Assembly: GCA_030036985.1 (NCBI GenBank) | Contig: JASHSD010000109.1 | Location: 1 to 28,287, forward strand | Reading direction: 5' to 3' | DNA from: Bryobacteraceae bacterium | Lineage (GTDB): Bacteria > Acidobacteriota > Terriglobia > Bryobacterales > Bryobacteraceae | Length of the DNA stretch: 28,287 nt | Shown here: piece by piece, positions 25,167-28,287 of the stretch | Layout: each line of letters begins with the position of its first letter | How positions within the stretch are numbered: the first letter of the stretch is position 1 | Position numbers and translations under genes: made by a program | The notes under the pieces: model-generated | Seen by the model: only the letters and a program-made list of their open reading frames with translations | Told to the model about the DNA's origin: nothing | Databases searched by the model: none

Positions 25167-25592
25167 CTAATCCGGATATTCGACCGCGACAGACCGCAAC
25201 TCGCGCGACCCGCGCGCGCACGTGGCCAGCGGGTAGGAGCAGCCGCAGTAGACGTGACCGCAGCGGACGCAGAACGACCCCGGCGACATACGCCCAGCCC
25301 GCAGATCCGAGCTTCGCATGAATATGCCGGGCATGCCCAGGCGCCCAGCGAGCTCGCTGCCGGACCGCCGATTGACCACCGGGCGGCGGCACGCCGCGCA
25401 CGACCTGCCGCGCACAGCGCGAACGCAAGAGAACGAGGAAGCACCAAGGCTCATCAGCGCCAGCCCGCCAAGCGAGCCGCCGAGGCCGAGAAAGTGAAAG
25501 CCTACAAATGGCGCCGCCAGCAGGACGAAAAGAAACGCGCATCCGCCAGCCGAGGGAGGGGGAACCGCCGAGGGCAACATTGTCCAGACCAC
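25167..25592 (-). CDS. Small membrane protein with Cys-rich (putative Zn-finger) C-terminus
   Basis: 141 aa. Two hydrophobic segments, then CAAC...CVRCGHVYCGC...C. Sits 21 nt upstream of the CHAT gene on the same strand. Confidence 0.5.
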   Translation of the reverse strand: MVWTMLPSAVPPPSAGGCAFLFVLLAAPFVGFHFLGLGGSLGGLALMSLGASSFSCVRAVRGRSCAACRRPVVNRRSGSELAGRLGMPGIFMRSSDLRAGRMSPGSFCVRCGHVYCGCSYPLATCARGSRELRSVAVEYPD

Positions 25593-25632
25593 CTTGCTAC
25601 GCTGTAGGACGATTGAGCCAGAGTATTTTTTG

Positions 25633-25665
25633 GTAACATGCTCCTGGATACCAGAATTTGGTTAC
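25633..25665. promoter_or_regulatory. Nested dyad GTAAC-N6-CTGG-N3-CCAG-N6-GTTAC in the divergent ECF/CHAT promoter region
   Basis: Two symmetric inverted-repeat pairs share one centre (25649) within an 85-bp divergent intergenic region. Confidence 0.35.
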
Positions 25666-25677
25666 TGAGGCAATCAC

Positions 25678-26286
25678 GTGTCACCGACGCCAAACCCGAG
25701 CTGGATAGTCCTACGCGACCGGGCGGTGCGGGGCGATATCGCTGCGGCGGCGGAATTGAGCCAGCAGATTTGGATCAGGGCCTATAGGGATGCCTACAGT
25801 GTGCTGCATGACCCAGGTGCTGCGAAAGACGTTGCGCAGGACACTTGGATCAAAGTGCTTCCGAGGTGGCCTTTCTTTGAAAACGATGGGCAATTCAAGA
25901 AGTTTGTCGATATAACCGCTCGAAACGGTGCAATCGACGAACTTAGGAGAAGGAGACGTGGGGGCGGACCTCCGCTCCGGGCGGAGGGGGATGACATCGG
26001 CGGCGTCGAGCCACCCGATCCAGGGCTAGGTCCTGAGGACACCGCCTCGAATAATGAGAGAAGGCGGCGACTCTACGTTTGTATCCGACAGCTGGACGAC
26101 TTGGAGCGTAAGATCGTGCTTCTCCGCCAAGTTGGGTATACCAACCTGGAGATTGCCGCGACCCTGACTCCGCCCCTGACGAACCAGAAAGTCGGCGTGG
26201 TGTATCATCAGGCGGCCCAAAAACTGCGGCGCTGTATGGAAAAAGAGGTCATGATGCCGCGTCCTGATGTGATGGAGGCCGTGTAA
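25678..26286 (+). CDS. ECF-type RNA polymerase sigma-70 factor
   Basis: GTG start, 202 aa. Region 2 AKDVAQDTWIKV..FVDITARNGAIDELRRR and region 4 LYVCIRQLDDLERKIVLLRQVGYTNLEIAATL. Confidence 0.92.
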   Translation: MSPTPNPSWIVLRDRAVRGDIAAAAELSQQIWIRAYRDAYSVLHDPGAAKDVAQDTWIKVLPRWPFFENDGQFKKFVDITARNGAIDELRRRRRGGGPPLRAEGDDIGGVEPPDPGLGPEDTASNNERRRRLYVCIRQLDDLERKIVLLRQVGYTNLEIAATLTPPLTNQKVGVVYHQAAQKLRRCMEKEVMMPRPDVMEAV

Positions 26287-27059
26287 TGGGCGACGAAGAG
26301 CTGGCGCTCGATGATTTGAGCATGGAATTCGGCGATGTCACCGCCACCCTCGGAAATCTCTCGGCCGGCCACTGGCCTGATGAGGATCTGTGGCTTCTGG
26401 CGGTGACGCCCGCCGCCGATCTGACGGCTGCGCAGCGAGAGTTTCTTCACGGTCACGCGTTGGATTGCCGTTCCTGTTATCGCGCTGTCGGCGACTTTCG
26501 CCACGCGAATGTGAGCTCTGTCGAAGTCCCGACCATACCGCCGGCATTGGGAGACGCGATGGCCGCAATGATGGTCGGGTGGCAGGCGCAGCGCGTGGTC
26601 TTTGCGATAACTGTTCTTTCCGGGGGCATTTTGCGTGTGCGACAGCCGAGGGCGGGCTCGGCGGCTAGATTCAGGAGCAAGGCGACCGATTACGATGCGG
26701 TAGAATTCGCGCCCGGCCAAGCCGCCGAAATCCCGACACCATTCGGCAGTTTCCTTCTTCTGCTGGTGATTACGCCGACTGAAGGTTACTCGGGACGGTT
26801 CAGCCTTCAATTGAAGCCCGATGAGGGGGCAGACCCCACCGACTTGGAGCCTCTGGAGTGTCTGCTTCTTGATAGCGGCGGTAATGTTCTTGGCTCCGCC
26901 TCATTTTCTCCGGCTGGATTCTCGTTTCCAAAGCACGCCGCGCTCGATCCGGGTACTTACAAGCTGGTGTTGCGCACGAAAGCGAAGGGCGAGCTTATCG
27001 GCGAGGTCGAGATCGAGCCTGACACCGAGAGTCTGTCGCCGAGTGCCGCCGAGCCATAG
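26286..27059 (+). CDS. Zinc-binding (ZAS/zf-HC2-like) anti-sigma factor with beta-rich C-terminal domain
   Basis: TAATG coupling to the sigma gene. H29...H57xxxC61xxC64 (GHWPDEDL..HGHALDCRSC) and a beta-sandwich-like C-terminus (LDPGTYKLVLR). Confidence 0.75.
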   Translation: MGDEELALDDLSMEFGDVTATLGNLSAGHWPDEDLWLLAVTPAADLTAAQREFLHGHALDCRSCYRAVGDFRHANVSSVEVPTIPPALGDAMAAMMVGWQAQRVVFAITVLSGGILRVRQPRAGSAARFRSKATDYDAVEFAPGQAAEIPTPFGSFLLLLVITPTEGYSGRFSLQLKPDEGADPTDLEPLECLLLDSGGNVLGSASFSPAGFSFPKHAALDPGTYKLVLRTKAKGELIGEVEIEPDTESLSPSAAEP

Positions 27060-27555
27060 AACGACGCATCGCTATTTCGATTCGAGTCGGTGACCCGGTT
27101 CATCTGCCTCGCCCCGGTAGTTAGAGCCCAAGAATTTCCAGGAATATACTTCCACTCCAGGCGCTTTATAGTCGGCAGCATGTAATCCTCGCTCCCTTGA
27201 CCCGTTGGCGCGCCGACCCTCCGAGGTGGATAGCCGGCCAGGCGTTCGAGATGCGGAGGCATGCTAAGCCCCCCGGGATGATCGACAGTTTATCTCCGGC
27301 AGCACCTTGAACAGCTCATACGGGAACAGCAGTTCGGTCGCGAGCTCAAAGAGCCTGAAGATTCGTCCTCAGGCGATTTTACGCAGATTCCCGATCTCAA
27401 ACGGGTGCAGTGGGACTAGCTCAGGACTAGCCCAGGGTGGTTCCGGAACTGGGCGGGGATAGGTGATCGCCCGATCGCCTTGCTCCGAACTGAGGTCGGG
27501 GACGGAGCCGATTGCCCGCTGGCGGGCTACTGGCTCAGATTCGCTGGCGCGCTCG

Positions 27556-27810
27556 CTACACCGAACGGCTACGTTTCCCGCAGAATCGGCCAACCAGAAA
27601 GCAGGCGGTAGTAAGAATCCAGACCGGCGGGCCAGCCTTAAACCCGAGCTTGTTCTGCATCCACAGAACTACCCAGACCGGCGCGCCGGCGAAGAACATC
27701 TCCGACAGGCTTAGAGTAAGAAACATGTTCCGTCCCTTCTTCCCTAGGTTGAAGCCAAGATACGCGTATGAGATGCAAATGAACGCAACGCCAACATGGG
27801 TCCAGTTCAT
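27556..27810 (-). CDS. Small three-TM membrane protein
   Basis: 84 aa, hydrophobic, with an ATGA overlap with the upstream gene's stop. Confidence 0.5.
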   Translation of the reverse strand: MNWTHVGVAFICISYAYLGFNLGKKGRNMFLTLSLSEMFFAGAPVWVVLWMQNKLGFKAGPPVWILTTACFLVGRFCGKRSRSV

Positions 27811-28287
27811 GCGGCGGCAGCCTTCCCCGCGCCAGTCTTTAGCATCCTTCTCAAAGCTGAAGCGATGTGGTTCTCGTCGGTAACGGCACCCCAGAGCAAG
27901 GTGCCGCAGACGATTTCCGTGCTTATCTCACCGAGGGTGATCTTGACGTCCGCTTCATCCGGCTCGACGATGATTTCAGCCCCCTGGAGAGCCAGCCCGG
28001 CACCGAAGCTGGCCGGCGTCATTTCCCGGCCGTCGAGGTTGCGTCCGTGCCCGCACACGAATACCTTGCGGCCGCGAATCTGCGGGACCAGTTGACGACA
28101 GGCCATGTGCGCACGCCAGAGAAGGATGTTGGTCAACACAAGGGGCCCCATGATAACGGCATATTCCGATAATGGCAGGGGCCGCGCGTGCTGAAAGATA
28201 AAGATGTGACGGCTCCAGCCGAGCGCAACTTGTCCGGCCAACGCGGCAGTCAGAACGCCTCGCCGGAGCCGAGGATCCTTCCAGTCT
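27807..28287 (-). CDS. Membrane protein, 5'-truncated by the window edge
   Basis: Frame is open from the window end (DWKDPRLRRGVLTAALAGQ...) to the stop at 27807. Hydrophobic segments precede a soluble beta-rich tail. Confidence 0.5.
   Translation of the reverse strand, partial: DWKDPRLRRGVLTAALAGQVALGWSRHIFIFQHARPLPLSEYAVIMGPLVLTNILLWRAHMACRQLVPQIRGRKVFVCGHGRNLDGREMTPASFGAGLALQGAEIIVEPDEADVKITLGEISTEIVCGTLLWGAVTDENHIASALRRMLKTGAGKAAAA

Larger units (their letters stand above)
2828..28287. mobile_element. tRNA-Leu-integrated genomic island/integrative element (left boundary; extends past window)
   Basis: Orientation of the displaced tRNA 3' fragment puts the element at higher coordinates. 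An excisionase-like gene is adjacent and the cargo is conflict/signalling genes. No integrase lies within the window. Confidence 0.7.

Noticed and set aside
27060-27555. Possible pseudogene (minus-strand ...GNLRKIA*GRIFRLFELATELLFPYELF...) and an 11-bp tandem repeat GGACTAGCYCA x2 at 27413-27434
   Set aside because: No recognisable family, equally protein-like text appears on the plus strand, and a two-copy short repeat is expected by chance.
1-28287. CRISPR array, rRNA, IS transposase or integrase
   Set aside because: No regularly spaced repeats, rRNA-like sequence, DDE transposase or tyrosine/serine recombinase motifs were seen in the window.

Overview
GC-rich bacterial window; an Acidobacteriota-like host is a guess from a REP-like motif. 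The first ~2.8 kb looks like host backbone: an actin-fold ATPase, convergent with a two-gene hydroquinone 1,2-dioxygenase (hapC/hapD-like). At 2828-2887 (-) is the 3' 60 nt of a tRNA-Leu(TAA) with no 5' half, the classic displaced att fragment of a tRNA-integrated element. An excisionase-like HTH gene follows, so 2.9 kb to the window end is interpreted as island cargo; the integrase and intact tRNA should lie beyond the right edge. The cargo has three modules. (1) A tightly packed + strand operon (5674-14689) joins ubiquitin-like conjugation enzymes (E2-like, JAB/MPN protease, E1/ThiF) to a minimal type VII-like set: a J-domain/TM/FtsK (EccC-like) ATPase, two to three WXG100-like proteins, a helical-hairpin + HExxH zincin protein and a small candidate immunity gene. 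It has no free-standing ubiquitin-like gene and is preceded by a frameshifted outer-membrane beta-barrel-like gene. This is the best candidate for an undescribed system. (2) A receiver-less OmpR-type winged-helix regulator is divergent from a VWA-like exported protein and coiled-coil/TM genes. (3) A membrane-anchored TPR-CHAT(caspase-like)-TPR protease with small membrane genes is divergent from an ECF sigma and a zinc-binding anti-sigma. All family calls come from motif reading, not database searches.
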